Virus record (IMG/VR): IMGVR_UViG_3300021445_000001
Span: 1 to 46,195 of that record
DNA: 46,195 bases
From: a virus
Reading direction: 5' to 3' (one strand)
The position numbers and the translations under genes were made by a program. Position 1 is the stretch's first letter, and each line of letters starts with the position of its first letter. Of the stretch, positions 18,650 to 28,336 are shown piece by piece. A model generated the notes under the pieces. The model saw only the letters and a program-made list of their open reading frames with translations, made no database searches and was not told the origin of the DNA.

Positions 18650-19600
18650 ATGGCTAACGCATATACTGGCACTAGTGCCGTTGCCGCGCTTGTCCAGACC
18701 GCTTACGACCGACTGGTGGAATTTCAGCTTCGTGCACAGCCCCTTCACCGTGAGGTGGCAGACAAGCGCGTTGCTCAGCAGGACAAGCCTGGTTCCAGCG
18801 TCGTTTTCAGTCTCTACAATGATCTGTCGACTGCGACTAGCACTCTGACTGAGACTGTTGACCCTGACGCTGTTGCTATCGGCAACCCCTCCACCGTTTC
18901 GGTCACCCTGGCGGAATATGGCAACGCGGTTCTCCGTACCCGACTCCTGAACCTGTTCAGCTTCTCCGACATCGATCCGGCCATCGCCAACATTGTGGCA
19001 TTCAACATGGTCGACTCGATTGACGCGGTCGTGCTGAATGTTCTGGTGGCTGGTACCAACGTCATCCGCGAGGCGGGTGGCGCAATGCTGGTGAACTCCG
19101 GCGCGAACTCCTCGATTACCGGCACGGACATTATCCAGTCTCGGGACGTTCGTACCGCAGTCGCCAAGCTTCGCACCAACAAGGCTCTTCCCCGTAAGGG
19201 CTCCCTGTACTGGGCGGCAATCCACCCTGAGGTTTCCTACGACCTCCGCTCGGAGTCCGGCTCTATTGCCGGCTGGCGTGCTCCGCACGTCTACTCGGCT
19301 CCCGGTTCCGTGTGGGCTGGCGAGATCGGCGAGTACGAGGGCGCGTTTTTCGTTGAAACCCCACGGGCCTTCCAGGACACCACTGGTTCGAGCTCTGCCC
19401 GCGTGTTCTACACGCTCTTTGCCGGTCAGCAGGCTTTGGCTGAGGCTGTCGCCGAGGAGTTCCACGTTGTGGTGGGTCCGGTTGTCGACAAGCTGATGCG
19501 TGCCCGTCCGATCGGTTGGTATGGCGTGGCCGGCTGGAGCATTTACCGGCAGGCGGCTCTGTACCAGGTGCGGTCTACGTCGAGCATCCACAACACCTAA
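18650..19600 (+). CDS. major capsid protein (HK97-fold type), 316 aa
   Basis: Position after the scaffold, size, and an N-terminus (MANAYTGTSAVAALVQTAYDR...) that resembles actinophage capsid proteins. Confidence 0.75.
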   Translation: MANAYTGTSAVAALVQTAYDRLVEFQLRAQPLHREVADKRVAQQDKPGSSVVFSLYNDLSTATSTLTETVDPDAVAIGNPSTVSVTLAEYGNAVLRTRLLNLFSFSDIDPAIANIVAFNMVDSIDAVVLNVLVAGTNVIREAGGAMLVNSGANSSITGTDIIQSRDVRTAVAKLRTNKALPRKGSLYWAAIHPEVSYDLRSESGSIAGWRAPHVYSAPGSVWAGEIGEYEGAFFVETPRAFQDTTGSSSARVFYTLFAGQQALAEAVAEEFHVVVGPVVDKLMRARPIGWYGVAGWSIYRQAALYQVRSTSSIHNT

Positions 19601-19607
19601 GATTGAA

Positions 19608-20540
19608 ATGACCAGTATCAAGTTCTCGGCCGTATCCACGGCGTCTTCCGCAACATCCATCACGGTTTCACTTGGCGGTACGCCGGCGGTTGGGGACTTG
19701 GTACTGGTCTTCATCGGTGTGGACAACGAAATCATTATGCACCAGCCTGGTTGGGCATCCGAATTCACCCAGACACCCAATCCATGGTTTAGGCTCGAAG
19801 GCATTAGGTCGCCGGATTCGGCGACCTTTTCCGGCTGGTACCACACATGGAATGCTGCCGATTCCGGCAGCTCCGCCACCTTCACTTTCATTGCAGCACC
19901 AACGCTGGGCATCGGCGACAAAGACCTTCCGAACGCTAATGCCGTGGCTGTCGCCCTGGTCCTCAATGGTGCGTCGAACACTGCGGTACTGGAACACAAC
20001 GGCTACGGCTCGGCGCAAGATTTCCTGTCGACTGTCGTTGCCAGCCCGCTCAAAATCGCAGCCAACACCGCGTTTCACGCGGTGTTCGCCAACGGCTCCA
20101 CAGCCTCTCTCAGCGACACGGACAGTGTTGCCACACTGGTTGCCCAGACGACTCTCGCCACGCCGGCAGGGATGACGCTAGCGGTGTTCTCGCGGGTCAA
20201 TTCGCCAGTGGTGTACAAGCCAGGTTTCACGCTGAGCTCTGGCCGCGCCAGTCTGTCTATTCAGGCAGTGTCCGTCTCTGACTCTGGTGTGCTCGTCTAC
20301 AACCCTCCGTACATCGAAGAGGGACCGATGGCTGACAACCGGCTCATGGCGCGTTACCGCATCAATCGTTTTTTCACGGTCCTCAACAACACGGGCACCT
20401 TTACGGCAAGACGCTACCTGTCGACTGATGACGTTGCCGCAGCAACGCAGGTTTTCACCAACAACAAACAGGTGACGTTGACGGACCGCACCAATCTTCT
20501 CACTGCCGGTGTTGGTGGTGACTTTCAAGCTTTGATCTAG
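19608..20540 (+). CDS. structural-module protein, 310 aa (function unknown)
   Basis: ATG at 19608. The longer ORF from 19500 would overlap the capsid gene by 100 nt. Confidence 0.55.
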   Translation: MTSIKFSAVSTASSATSITVSLGGTPAVGDLVLVFIGVDNEIIMHQPGWASEFTQTPNPWFRLEGIRSPDSATFSGWYHTWNAADSGSSATFTFIAAPTLGIGDKDLPNANAVAVALVLNGASNTAVLEHNGYGSAQDFLSTVVASPLKIAANTAFHAVFANGSTASLSDTDSVATLVAQTTLATPAGMTLAVFSRVNSPVVYKPGFTLSSGRASLSIQAVSVSDSGVLVYNPPYIEEGPMADNRLMARYRINRFFTVLNNTGTFTARRYLSTDDVAAATQVFTNNKQVTLTDRTNLLTAGVGGDFQALI

Positions 20541-20547
20541 GAGTCTG

Positions 20548-20784
20548 ATGGCTGCCAAGAAAAAGCCGGTTCGCACCCCCAAGCAGATCGCTCAGGTGAG
20601 GAAGGCTGTTCCGAAAATCCCCAAGGGCGCTAAGAAGGCTGCCCCATCTGTCCGCAAGCCTACGGCTGGCGGCAAACCCAAGAGCACTGGCGACCAGACC
20701 CGACCGGGTCCCCTGGGTCCGCGTAACGGCAGTGGCTCTATTCCGTATCAGGGGCCTGGCCCCATGGGTCAGGGAGTTTACTAA
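20548..20784 (+). CDS. highly basic Lys/Pro/Ala/Gly-rich low-complexity protein, 78 aa
   Basis: RBS AGGAG. Sequence MAAKKKPVRTPKQIAQVRKAVPKIPKGAKKAAPSVRKP... Confidence 0.6.
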   Translation: MAAKKKPVRTPKQIAQVRKAVPKIPKGAKKAAPSVRKPTAGGKPKSTGDQTRPGPLGPRNGSGSIPYQGPGPMGQGVY

Positions 20785-21164
20785 TGGCTGGTAAAGCTGG
20801 CACCCCTCGTTTTGGTATGAATCCTGATGAGCACCCCGGCAAAACTTCGGTCAACGGCGTCAGTAAGGTCAATCTCCCCTTCGATGGGGACTACACCGAA
20901 ATTCACTTCGCCTACAACCCTGCGCAGAAGTCGAGGGATATGGGCACCACCCGGGGTGGCGACCCCGGCAAGAATTACATGCTCGACCGGCGCGAGCCGG
21001 ATTACATGAGCAACCATGACGGTTACGCCGGCGGAGACATCCACCTGATGAACCTGGATGAGCGCAAGGTTTTGCAGAACACCATCTACTCGGTGAAGTG
21101 CGAATACACGGATGACTCGCCCAACGGCACTGCGCCGGCTCAGACTTCTGGAGCTTTCGACTAA
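20784..21164 (+). CDS. structural-module protein, 126 aa
   Basis: TAATG overlap with the previous gene. Confidence 0.6.
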   Translation: MAGKAGTPRFGMNPDEHPGKTSVNGVSKVNLPFDGDYTEIHFAYNPAQKSRDMGTTRGGDPGKNYMLDRREPDYMSNHDGYAGGDIHLMNLDERKVLQNTIYSVKCEYTDDSPNGTAPAQTSGAFD

Positions 21165-21547
21165 TGCCGTGCTCTACAGGCTGCCCGACGCAGAACCACA
21201 AGACTTACGGTGAGTGCCTTCGCTCAAAGCGCCAGATGGTGGCCTACTGCCGGAGCGCCTACGGCGCTGATGCTTCCCGACAGAAACTCTGGGATCGAGA
21301 GCTGGACCTCTACAAGGCTGCCCGCGATGCGGGCATCCAACCTGACGGTACCGGCATGTCCAAGATTCAGTTCGCCATGGACCAGTCGGAGAAGCACGGC
21401 ATGCGTTACGGCACTGATTTCAATGTGGCCCCTGATGGTAAAGGTGGCTTTGACGCGGTCTCCCACGACATGGTGAAGGCTGTAACCGCCGAGATCGACA
21501 AATCTGCCGACATGCAACTTATCAGGGAGTCCGCACATGGCGGGTAA
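21164..21547 (+). CDS. structural-module protein, 127 aa, Cys-rich N-terminus
   Basis: TAATG overlap with the previous gene. Confidence 0.6.
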   Translation: MPCSTGCPTQNHKTYGECLRSKRQMVAYCRSAYGADASRQKLWDRELDLYKAARDAGIQPDGTGMSKIQFAMDQSEKHGMRYGTDFNVAPDGKGGFDAVSHDMVKAVTAEIDKSADMQLIRESAHGG

Positions 21548-22328
21548 TACTGGAGCCTCGCTCCAAGAAAATCAGACTTTCACTACTGGCGTGGTGTCTC
21601 TAGCAACCGGTGTGCTCAACCCCACGAACTCCGCTCAAAGTGTCTGGGATTGCGGTGTGGGCATGACCTACGCTTCGATCACCACGGTTGTCACTGGCTC
21701 GCCCGCGTCGTTCACGATTCTTCTGGAAGGCACCTACGACGGTTCCACCTGGACCACGCTGGCAACCTGCACCAACACCGCAGGAGAAACGCAGTTCTCT
21801 TCGGGCCTGATCCCTTTCACCAATCTCCGTGCACGCTGTACTGCTGTCTCCGGTGGCACTTCACCCACGGTCAATGTTTTTGCTACGGCGTCGCAGACGC
21901 CTTTCACGGCCACCTCTGGTGGAACCTCGCCAACTGTTGCCACGTCACCGGTTTCTGTTGCTGCTGCCAACGTTCTGTGCGGTTCGGGTGCGGCCACCAA
22001 CTCCACTGCTGTGCAGACGCTTATCACGGTGCCGGCGGGGCGTACTTGGTATGGAACTGTCAACGCATCCATTGCGGCCACTGCGGGAACGGCTCTCGTC
22101 TCGGCCACGATCAACACCGCTGGAACCAACGTCACCCCGGCTGCTGCGGTCAACCTTCTTACAGTCACCTCGGACCCGGTTACCGCTGCCGGCCAGACGG
22201 CCAATGCCATGACCTCAGGACCCTTCTACGTCATTGCACCCGCAGGCAACTCTGTGACGCTCACGCTGACCAACTCTTCGGCCACCACGAACGCATCCAC
22301 GGCTTCGGCTCTCGGGATCCTCCTGTAA
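21537..22328 (+). CDS. Thr/Ser/Ala-rich structural protein, 263 aa (fibre or decoration-like)
   Basis: ORF track. Contains an internal SGGTSPTV repeat. Confidence 0.6.
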   Translation: MAGNTGASLQENQTFTTGVVSLATGVLNPTNSAQSVWDCGVGMTYASITTVVTGSPASFTILLEGTYDGSTWTTLATCTNTAGETQFSSGLIPFTNLRARCTAVSGGTSPTVNVFATASQTPFTATSGGTSPTVATSPVSVAAANVLCGSGAATNSTAVQTLITVPAGRTWYGTVNASIAATAGTALVSATINTAGTNVTPAAAVNLLTVTSDPVTAAGQTANAMTSGPFYVIAPAGNSVTLTLTNSSATTNASTASALGILL

Positions 22329-22337
22329 GGAAGGCTA

Positions 22338-23234
22338 ATGCCACAGTTCCAGGATCTCGTCAACCGCACCAAACAGCTTGTACAGGGCTTCTCGCAGAAC
22401 CAGCAGCAGTGGGCCTACCTGACAAGCTCCATCCTCACCACCGATACCACGCTCGCGGTCAACGACTCCTCCCAGATCTCCCGTGGCATGGCTGAGATAG
22501 GCAACTCTGAGCTGGTCTTGGTGAAGAGCATCAACCAGAACACCAACCAGATCACCATTGACCCTTTCGGACGGGGCTGGAACAACACCACAGCGGTAGC
22601 CTGGCCTGCCAACACACGCATTGAGAACAATGTCACCTGGCCGAATATCTGGCTGAAGACCGCCATCAATGACGCGATCCGCTCTGTCTATCCAGATCTG
22701 TGGGCCGTGGGAACCACGACCCTCACCAAAACCTCAGTGGTCTACGAATACCAGTTGCCGGCAGATGCCGAGGAAATCATCTCGGTGCAAAACCAGCTCA
22801 TCGGGCCTAGCAAGGTCTGGCCGTTCTGTCGCAGTTGGCGTTTCGTTGGGCAGGCTTCCACCACTGATTTCTCAACTGGAAAGTCGCTGTTCATTTCTGA
22901 CGATATCGTCCCCGGCCGGCAAATCTTCGTCACGTACCAGAAAGAGCCGACCGAGCTTGTCAACGATACCGACGACTTTGCGGGGGTTACCGGACTGCCG
23001 GCCTCGGCACAGGATGTCATCGTTTACGGCGCGTGCATGAAGCTGGTTGTTCAGTTCGAGGCTGCCCGTCTTGCTATCGCCAGCGTGGAGGCCTCTGAGC
23101 GTGCGCAGTTTGTTCAGCCAGGTTCTGCCACCAGAGTCTCCGGTTACTTCGGGCAGCTCTATAAAGACCGCCTGGAGCAGGAAGCCAGGAAACTCCGTGA
23201 CCGTTACCCTCGGCCCTCGCACTACGATTTCTAG
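22338..23234 (+). CDS. virion structural protein, 298 aa (probable tail/adaptor component)
   Basis: RBS AAGGAAGG; position between the head and fibre genes. Confidence 0.55.
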   Translation: MPQFQDLVNRTKQLVQGFSQNQQQWAYLTSSILTTDTTLAVNDSSQISRGMAEIGNSELVLVKSINQNTNQITIDPFGRGWNNTTAVAWPANTRIENNVTWPNIWLKTAINDAIRSVYPDLWAVGTTTLTKTSVVYEYQLPADAEEIISVQNQLIGPSKVWPFCRSWRFVGQASTTDFSTGKSLFISDDIVPGRQIFVTYQKEPTELVNDTDDFAGVTGLPASAQDVIVYGACMKLVVQFEAARLAIASVEASERAQFVQPGSATRVSGYFGQLYKDRLEQEARKLRDRYPRPSHYDF

Positions 23235-23243
23235 CAGGTAGAT

Positions 23244-24395
23244 ATGCCCACTGGTCAGCAGTACGCCACCAATGTTCCACAGACGACCCTTACCGGTGCC
23301 ATCAACGCCTCTGCCACTTCTTTCTCTGTAGCCTCTTCGGCAAGCTGGCCGGCAGTTCCTTTTACAGCGGTTCTGGACATCGGCACCTCTACGCAAGAGC
23401 CGGTAGACGTCACTGCCATTGTGGGCACCACCTGGACTGTCACGCGTAATATCGACGGCACTACCGGTTTCAGTCACGCCATCGGCGCGACTGTGACTCA
23501 TGCGGACATCGGCCGAGACTTTCGTGAAGCGCGTGCGCACATCGACACTACAGGTGGCACCGACTCTACCGGTAAGGCCGTTCACGGCACCACTTCGGCT
23601 GTGGTCGGCAAAGATGATGCGCAGACGCTTACCAACAAAACGCTTACTTCTCCGACCATTAACGGCACCGTTCCCGGTGGTGCTTCCTACACCTCTCCGA
23701 GCCTGACAGGCACCGTAGGTGGCTCCGCCACCTACACCACACCCACACTTGACCGGCCTGTTGTCGGGACGTCCACACCCAGTACACCAGGTGGCACCAA
23801 CGTTGCGCTCTTCTCCTCTTCGGGAAACCTGGCCGCGAAGTTCAATACCGGCACCACCAGGAACATCACGCCTCCTGCGGTCCATGCCGGTTACAACGGT
23901 TTGTTAGCTGCCACCATGGATGCGGCTTCGTGCTCTGCCAACGTCGGAATGACTTCCGGTGTAGCTTATCTCTTCAAGATCACAACCTATGTGCTGGTGA
24001 CGTTTAACAACATTGTTCTGTATGTTGCCGGTGCCGGGTCGACACTCACTGCCGGCCAGAACCTCGCGGCTCTCTACGATTCCGGCGGGACGCGCAAAGC
24101 GATTACTGGTGACCAGTCGGCTGTATGGACAAGCACCGGCTCTAAAACAATGTCTGTTAGTGGTGCTGTAACAATTGATGCGGGTGACTATTATCTCGCC
24201 ATTCTCAGCAATGGCACAACCCCGGCAACGTTCAGTGGCGTCAACCTTACAGCTGGACCGGGCGTAAACATCGGCATCACCAGCGCCCCTTTCCGGGCAA
24301 ACCAAACTGGTGGTGGCCAAACAGGTCTAGGCACCTCGATCACCCTGGGAAGCTTGACAGCTCTCGGTACGTGTATTCTGGGCGGGCTATCCTAA
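23244..24395 (+). CDS. tail fibre / minor tail protein, 383 aa
   Basis: The N-terminal motif (TLTGAINASATSFSVASSASWPAVPFTAVLD...EPVDVTAI...WTVTRNIDGT) and the QTLTNKTLTSPTINGTV repeats are typical of actinophage fibre proteins. Confidence 0.65.
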   Translation: MPTGQQYATNVPQTTLTGAINASATSFSVASSASWPAVPFTAVLDIGTSTQEPVDVTAIVGTTWTVTRNIDGTTGFSHAIGATVTHADIGRDFREARAHIDTTGGTDSTGKAVHGTTSAVVGKDDAQTLTNKTLTSPTINGTVPGGASYTSPSLTGTVGGSATYTTPTLDRPVVGTSTPSTPGGTNVALFSSSGNLAAKFNTGTTRNITPPAVHAGYNGLLAATMDAASCSANVGMTSGVAYLFKITTYVLVTFNNIVLYVAGAGSTLTAGQNLAALYDSGGTRKAITGDQSAVWTSTGSKTMSVSGAVTIDAGDYYLAILSNGTTPATFSGVNLTAGPGVNIGITSAPFRANQTGGGQTGLGTSITLGSLTALGTCILGGLS

Positions 24396-24408
24396 TCGGG
24401 GTTTTATT

Positions 24409-26460
24409 GTGCTGACTGCATTCCAGCAGAATACCGACGGTATTCTCCAGCCTTCTCCTGCGGGCCTATCGCCCATTCCCGGTCCCTTCTCCACGCAGTA
24501 CCAGCGCACAGATATTGCCTATGACTACGCTATCGGCGGAATCCCCTTTCTGGCCGGCGAGTCTGGTCGCGGTACTTATTTCCGTCGTATCTATCAGCGC
24601 AGCTTCGCTCAGATTCGAAAAGACCAGTTCGACAATCAGCAGGTTCCTGGCGAGCAGTCCATTTACGGCTGGTGGCTGAGGTCTCAGTCGACCTTTCAGC
24701 TTGGGGAAGGTGTCCAGTTTCTGGACACCACCATGGATAACACGCTTTCAGAACGTGCATTCTATTCCGAAGGATTGGACCTTCTCAGCACTCCAGGCCA
24801 GGTGACACTTCTCCAGCAGGCTAACTCGGTATCTGGTGTGGGGCCACCAGGTGGCCCCATGAAACTTCGTGGTGCGGTCCTCAGCGGCGTTTCCGGTGTT
24901 CTTGCCCTCGACACCAGCTCTAAATCCCTGAAGTTCGTCAGCAGCGCGGCCACGGTCACCAACACCTACACAATGCCTGGTGGACTGGGTGGTGTTGCGA
25001 ACACCTTTACTGACGACGGCACCAACTACTACTTTGCAGACACAACCGGTATCTATCGTGGCGTCATCGCCACGCCTGGTGTAGCAGCCACCAAGATTTG
25101 GAACGTGCCCAGCACCTCGGGCAACTATGTGATTGCTTGGGTTAAAGGCCGGCTGGTGGCCGGCCTAGACAATAACGTCTATGAGCTGGTGGGTGGTGCG
25201 CCCCCGGTTCTGCCAACGCCCAAGTTCACCCATCAGAACGCCAGCTACGTCTTCACGGACATCAGCGAGACACAGACAGCCATCCTGGTCAGCGGCAATG
25301 CTGGTGGTGCGGTCAGCCAGATCCACAAATTCGCGTTGGATTCCGGCGGGGCTATGCCCACGCTGTCAAGTGGTGTGGTGGCTGCCACGATGCCTTTTGG
25401 TGAGCAGATATATTCGATGTTCGCCTACATCGGAACGTTTGTCGGAATCGGCACCAACAAAGGTTTTCGTGTAGCCATCAGCGACAGCAGCGGCAACCTC
25501 GCGTACGGGCCACTTGTCGTGCAGGATCCCAGCGGTACCGGCGTGCGTGCCATCAGTGGCTATGACCGCTTCCTGTTCATCGGCAACCAGGGCAATAAGC
25601 TCATCCCCCAGCAGGGCTGGACGAACCCCACAGACGCTTCCACGTCCGACGGCCTGATCAGAATTGACCTCTCCACCACGACTTCCACGGGCAGCCAGCC
25701 ATACGCGCATGACGTCAGTGCCGGCGGAGCTGCCTCCGGTGACGTGATCAACAGTATTGCCAATGTCGGCACATCTTCTCAGTTGGCTTTCGGAATCGGC
25801 GCTAATGTCTATATGACCAGCACGACAACCAAAGTCTCATCGGGATTCCTCTACACGCCGAAAATCCGTTTCAACACGCTGGAACCAAAGCACTTTAAAT
25901 ACATCTACATGCGGCATCAGAATATCACTGACGGGTCGATAGACTGTTTGGGGCAGAATCCCTCAACCACGTTGCAGTCTATTGCTTCTGGCCAGTCTGG
26001 TTCAAGTTCCGCCGCAGCGACTACGCCATTCTTTATCTCGGATATCGGCAATGCGCAAGAGTGGATGCAATTCAAGTTCGTGTTGCACCGCGGCACTACC
26101 AGCACTAGTTACACGCCGATATGGAATGGCTATCAGCTTCGCGGGCTTCCTGGCGTTTCACGCCAGATTCTCATTGAGGTTCCGCTTATCTGCCAGGACC
26201 ACGAAATAGATCGTTACGGCAATCCTTCGGGAACTGACGGTTATGCCTTTGCGCGTGTCAAGGCTCTAGAAGCGCTAGCAGCCTCAGGGAATATCGTCCT
26301 GTTTCAGGACCTCAACTACGGTGATGCCAACCTGGTGATTGTCGACGACTACAAGTTTGAGCAGCAGTCACCGGAAATCGCCCAGACCTCTTCTGCCGGC
26401 AGCACCGATTCCGATGCTCACGGGGGTTACATTATTTTGGTTTGTCGCGTTGTCGCATAA
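24409..26460 (+). CDS. large tail-associated structural protein, 683 aa
   Basis: GTG start. It is the largest ORF of the tail module. Confidence 0.55.
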   Translation: MLTAFQQNTDGILQPSPAGLSPIPGPFSTQYQRTDIAYDYAIGGIPFLAGESGRGTYFRRIYQRSFAQIRKDQFDNQQVPGEQSIYGWWLRSQSTFQLGEGVQFLDTTMDNTLSERAFYSEGLDLLSTPGQVTLLQQANSVSGVGPPGGPMKLRGAVLSGVSGVLALDTSSKSLKFVSSAATVTNTYTMPGGLGGVANTFTDDGTNYYFADTTGIYRGVIATPGVAATKIWNVPSTSGNYVIAWVKGRLVAGLDNNVYELVGGAPPVLPTPKFTHQNASYVFTDISETQTAILVSGNAGGAVSQIHKFALDSGGAMPTLSSGVVAATMPFGEQIYSMFAYIGTFVGIGTNKGFRVAISDSSGNLAYGPLVVQDPSGTGVRAISGYDRFLFIGNQGNKLIPQQGWTNPTDASTSDGLIRIDLSTTTSTGSQPYAHDVSAGGAASGDVINSIANVGTSSQLAFGIGANVYMTSTTTKVSSGFLYTPKIRFNTLEPKHFKYIYMRHQNITDGSIDCLGQNPSTTLQSIASGQSGSSSAAATTPFFISDIGNAQEWMQFKFVLHRGTTSTSYTPIWNGYQLRGLPGVSRQILIEVPLICQDHEIDRYGNPSGTDGYAFARVKALEALAASGNIVLFQDLNYGDANLVIVDDYKFEQQSPEIAQTSSAGSTDSDAHGGYIILVCRVVA

Positions 26461-26468
26461 GGATTTTC

Positions 26469-26798
26469 ATGGCCAAAGATCTTATCAACATTGTGGCGCT
26501 GGTTTGCGCGATTGCCGCTGCTGTTGTGGTTGGCCGAACAACTCTGCTGAAACAGACGATCGCTGCTCTTGAGGCTTTGGTCGCCTCCCTGGAAAAGAAA
26601 AACAAGGACCAGGCCGAAGAGATCAAAGCCCTCAAGGAAAACAAAGACGACATGGAGCAGCGTGTCAAAGCGTTGGAGGCGATTATTCGTGGAAACCCCC
26701 AAATGGTGGACCAAGGATATTTGGCCCCTTGCGAGCGGTGCGGACGTCGAAACTGTGCAGCTCATCCTAAAAATCCCAAGAACAGGCATTCACGATGA
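26469..26798 (+). CDS. membrane-anchored coiled-coil protein, 109 aa (lysis-cassette component; C-terminus uncertain)
   Basis: ATG with AAGGA upstream. Has an N-terminal TM segment (INIVALVCAIAAAVVVG) followed by a heptad-like region. The last ~30 aa look off-frame. Confidence 0.55.
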   Translation: MAKDLINIVALVCAIAAAVVVGRTTLLKQTIAALEALVASLEKKNKDQAEEIKALKENKDDMEQRVKALEAIIRGNPQMVDQGYLAPCERCGRRNCAAHPKNPKNRHSR

Positions 26799-27039
26799 AC
26801 CCACAGTACGCGCGGTCAGAGGATATCAACAGCTCTTCCGAATCCGGCCCACGGGCGTGGTTGACGAACTCACAGCTAGAGCACTCGGAGAACTTCACTG
26901 GCAACGATCGGACTCGGACAATGGCCGGCGCTATACGGGATCGGGAAGTGCTTGGGTCAGATGGGATAGTCCGGGAGCGCCCCGTAGTTTCGCTCAGCTA
27001 CAGTCAGGCTCTGGAGTACCTGGGGATGGGGATGAATGA
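26689..27039 (+). CDS. peptidoglycan-binding (PG_binding_1-like) domain protein, about 116 aa
   Basis: SGADVETVQLILKIPRTGIHDEPTVRAVRGYQQLFRIRPTGVVDELTARAL fits the G-DV-Q-L...G...T-AV-Q...TG-vD-T-L pattern. GTG at 26689 has GGAGG 9 nt upstream. Its stop overlaps the GH25 start (ATGA). Confidence 0.5.
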   Translation: METPKWWTKDIWPLASGADVETVQLILKIPRTGIHDEPTVRAVRGYQQLFRIRPTGVVDELTARALGELHWQRSDSDNGRRYTGSGSAWVRWDSPGAPRSFAQLQSGSGVPGDGDE

Positions 27040-27842
27040 CGATCTTCTTTCCTGACCTCTCCAACTGGGAACCCAACCTCAACCTTGTCCCTGGCACTCA
27101 GGCCGTCGTGGCGAAAGCCACGGAAGGCAATTACTACAAGGATGCGTCATTCACTCGGTTCCGTGATGAGGCCGGCCAGATGGGCATCCCGTTCAGCGGC
27201 TATCACTTCCTGATCAGCAATATCGATCCGGCCCTACAGGCAGCCTGGTACCACAGTTTTGCCGGCAACATCCCGTGCATGCTCGATGTGGAAACCGAGG
27301 GCTCCTCTAAGCCGACTGTGGCACAGTGCCTACAATTCATAGATGCTCTTTCCCGGCTCGGAGGGCGCTGCTGGGGCGCGTATTTCCCCCGGTGGTACTG
27401 GGGACAGGTTGGCGGGGATTTAGGCGCTCTAGAGCGCGCTGGTGCCGTTGTGGTGTCGAGCAGCTACACGACCTATACCGACCAGGGACCAGGCTGGGAA
27501 CCCTATGGCGGGGCAACCCCCGCCATCTGGCAGTACACGAGTTCACAAAGCTACGGCGGATCGCCGTGCGACTTCAACGCTTTTCGCGGTACCCAAGCAG
27601 AGCTGGCCGCGCTGATGACTGGAACTGACATGAACCCCTACGACGTGTGGGCCTTTAAGAATCCCAACCTCGACCCCATCGATATGCGCCAGCGCCTCGT
27701 CAACGCGGAAATTAACGCCGAGGCCACCAACGCCAAGCTCGACAAGGTTCTAGAACTGCTCGGGAAGCTCTCGGTGGGTGCCGGCGTGGATCCTGCTGCA
27801 CTGGCCGCTGCTGAGCTCGATGCCCTCAAGGAACGTCTATGA
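27036..27842 (+). CDS. endolysin, glycoside hydrolase family 25 muramidase, 268 aa
   Basis: FFPDLSNWEP...AVVAKATEGNYYKDASF...GIPFSGYHFL is typical of a GH25 N-terminus. Confidence 0.8.
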   Translation: MTIFFPDLSNWEPNLNLVPGTQAVVAKATEGNYYKDASFTRFRDEAGQMGIPFSGYHFLISNIDPALQAAWYHSFAGNIPCMLDVETEGSSKPTVAQCLQFIDALSRLGGRCWGAYFPRWYWGQVGGDLGALERAGAVVVSSSYTTYTDQGPGWEPYGGATPAIWQYTSSQSYGGSPCDFNAFRGTQAELAALMTGTDMNPYDVWAFKNPNLDPIDMRQRLVNAEINAEATNAKLDKVLELLGKLSVGAGVDPAALAAAELDALKERL

Positions 27843-28000
27843 GTCGCCACGACCTTGAGACAGCCGCTGCCGTCTTCCTGAGCGCATTCACCTCGGCGCT
27901 GTCCCTGTCCAACTCAGTCACCAGATCTGCACTTCTGTCCGCGCTCTCTGCCGGCCTGGCCGCGCTGATCCACCGATACCTCACAACCAAGGATGAGTAA
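27839..28000 (+). CDS. small hydrophobic protein, 53 aa (holin candidate)
   Basis: Translated by hand: MSRHDLETAAAVFLSAFTSALSLSNSVTRSALLSALSAGLAALIHRYLTTKDE. ATGA overlap with the endolysin and TAATG overlap with the next gene. Confidence 0.5.
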   Translation: MSRHDLETAAAVFLSAFTSALSLSNSVTRSALLSALSAGLAALIHRYLTTKDE

Positions 28001-28326
28001 TGGCCGGTTTCTCCGACATCGATCTCCCCCAGAACATAGCGGCGGTTTCCGCCGCGTACACGATGACCAACTCCGACATGGCGGTGATGGCTACCGCCGG
28101 ATCCGCCTACGCAGTGACTCTGCCTGCTCTGGCAGGTGTGCCCAACGGGCACACGGTGGTGATCGCCAAAGACGGCGGGGCCAATGCCATCACGGTCACA
28201 AGAGCCACCGGAGACAAGATCAATAACGTTGCGGCAAACGTCTCCCTGGCATCGGGCGGTACCAACGGTCACGCAGTGACCCTCATGTCTATCGGCACGA
28301 CGTGGCTCGTGATCGGTTCTATCTAA
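28000..28326 (+). CDS. hypothetical protein, 108 aa (paralog 1 of a tandem pair)
   Basis: MAGFSDIDL...AAYTMTNSDM...AYAVTLPA is similar to the next ORF. Confidence 0.6.
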   Translation: MAGFSDIDLPQNIAAVSAAYTMTNSDMAVMATAGSAYAVTLPALAGVPNGHTVVIAKDGGANAITVTRATGDKINNVAANVSLASGGTNGHAVTLMSIGTTWLVIGSI

Positions 28327-28336
28327 GGATTCTGAT

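Noticed and set aside
18569-19999. 476-aa minus-strand ORF
   Set aside because: It is antisense to the scaffold and capsid genes, which have recognisable protein character. Typical shadow ORF.
21650-22495. 281-aa His/Cys/Arg-rich plus-strand ORF
   Set aside because: It is an alternative frame of the Thr/Ser/Ala-rich structural gene (ACC/GCC-rich codons read out of frame). It has no RBS and runs across the next gene start.
22872-23885. 337-aa minus-strand ORF
   Set aside because: It is antisense to two tail genes and has Arg/Gly-rich composition.
26795-27055. 86-aa ORF between the PG-binding region and GH25
   Set aside because: Its 5' half overlaps the clearly coding PG_binding_1 frame, and the ATG lacks an RBS. 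It is not fully dismissed, because its 3' half has higher GC3 than the competing frame (see the lysis-cassette finding).
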